DNA of 64,000 nucleotides from Octopus sinensis (lineage: Eukaryota), in contig NC_043003.1 of assembly GCF_006345805.1 (NCBI RefSeq), forward strand, positions 66,030,001 through 66,094,000, written 5' to 3'. The notes beneath the pieces are model-generated. The model worked only from the letters and a program-made list of their open reading frames with translations, was not told the DNA's origin and made no database searches. The position numbers and the translations under genes were made by a program. Numbering within the stretch: the first letter of the stretch is position 1; every line of letters begins with the position of its first letter. Positions 63,659 through 64,000 of this stretch are shown piece after piece.

Positions 63659-64000
63659 CAAATACGTTGTGCAAGACTTCATCCACTTGCTCTTCTTTTG
63701 TTTGAATTGTAGTACTACATACTATAATTGCGCCAAATGACCCTTACTGAAGTGAACAGCCAAATGGTTTGCTTTTCCAGTCTGTTCTGATAAACACTTC
63801 CCTGCGTTATTAGGAAAAGTAGATCACATGATATGCATAGTTAATCATCGTTACCATCTGTGAACATGAGGTATGATTGGTCGCTTAAATATATTGAAAC
63901 AATTGTAAGGCATAGAATAAAATTTATACCTTAAACACCACAGTTTTTCTGAATATATATATATATATATGTGTGTGTGGTGTGTGTGTGTATGTGTTAG

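Overview
AT-rich, repeat-dominated, non-genic eukaryotic DNA. No host protein-coding exon, true tRNA/rRNA gene or CRISPR array is supportable. The repeat landscape most resembles an octopod cephalopod (Octopus-like); this is inference from recalled repeat families, not a database match. Contents: (1) about 45 tRNA-headed SINE copies, given working labels here. SINE-A: CORE-like ACCTTGGGCAAGT box, internal (TA)n(TG)n, GTAAAAGA tail. SINE-B: starts AAGGCGGCGAGCTGGCAGAA, has a CTTTCATCCTTTCGGGGTCGATAAA core, and occurs as monomer or dimer. SINE-C/D/F/G: shared heads with swapped 3' modules. (2) Non-LTR retrotransposon remnants of the Tx1/L1, RTE, CR1 (two) and R4/Dong-like RLE types. (3) A nest of three different Penelope-like elements at 29.1-32.1 kb with a type I hammerhead ribozyme, plus dispersed hammerhead-like mini-elements in (TA)n tracts. 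(4) DNA transposon remnants (DD37D/maT, Helitrons). (5) Long foldback palindromes, a 44-bp palindromic minisatellite, tandem duplications and abundant microsatellites. Almost all ORFs in the supplied track are microsatellite or SINE artefacts. Boundaries of diverged copies are approximate (about +/-10-20 bp).
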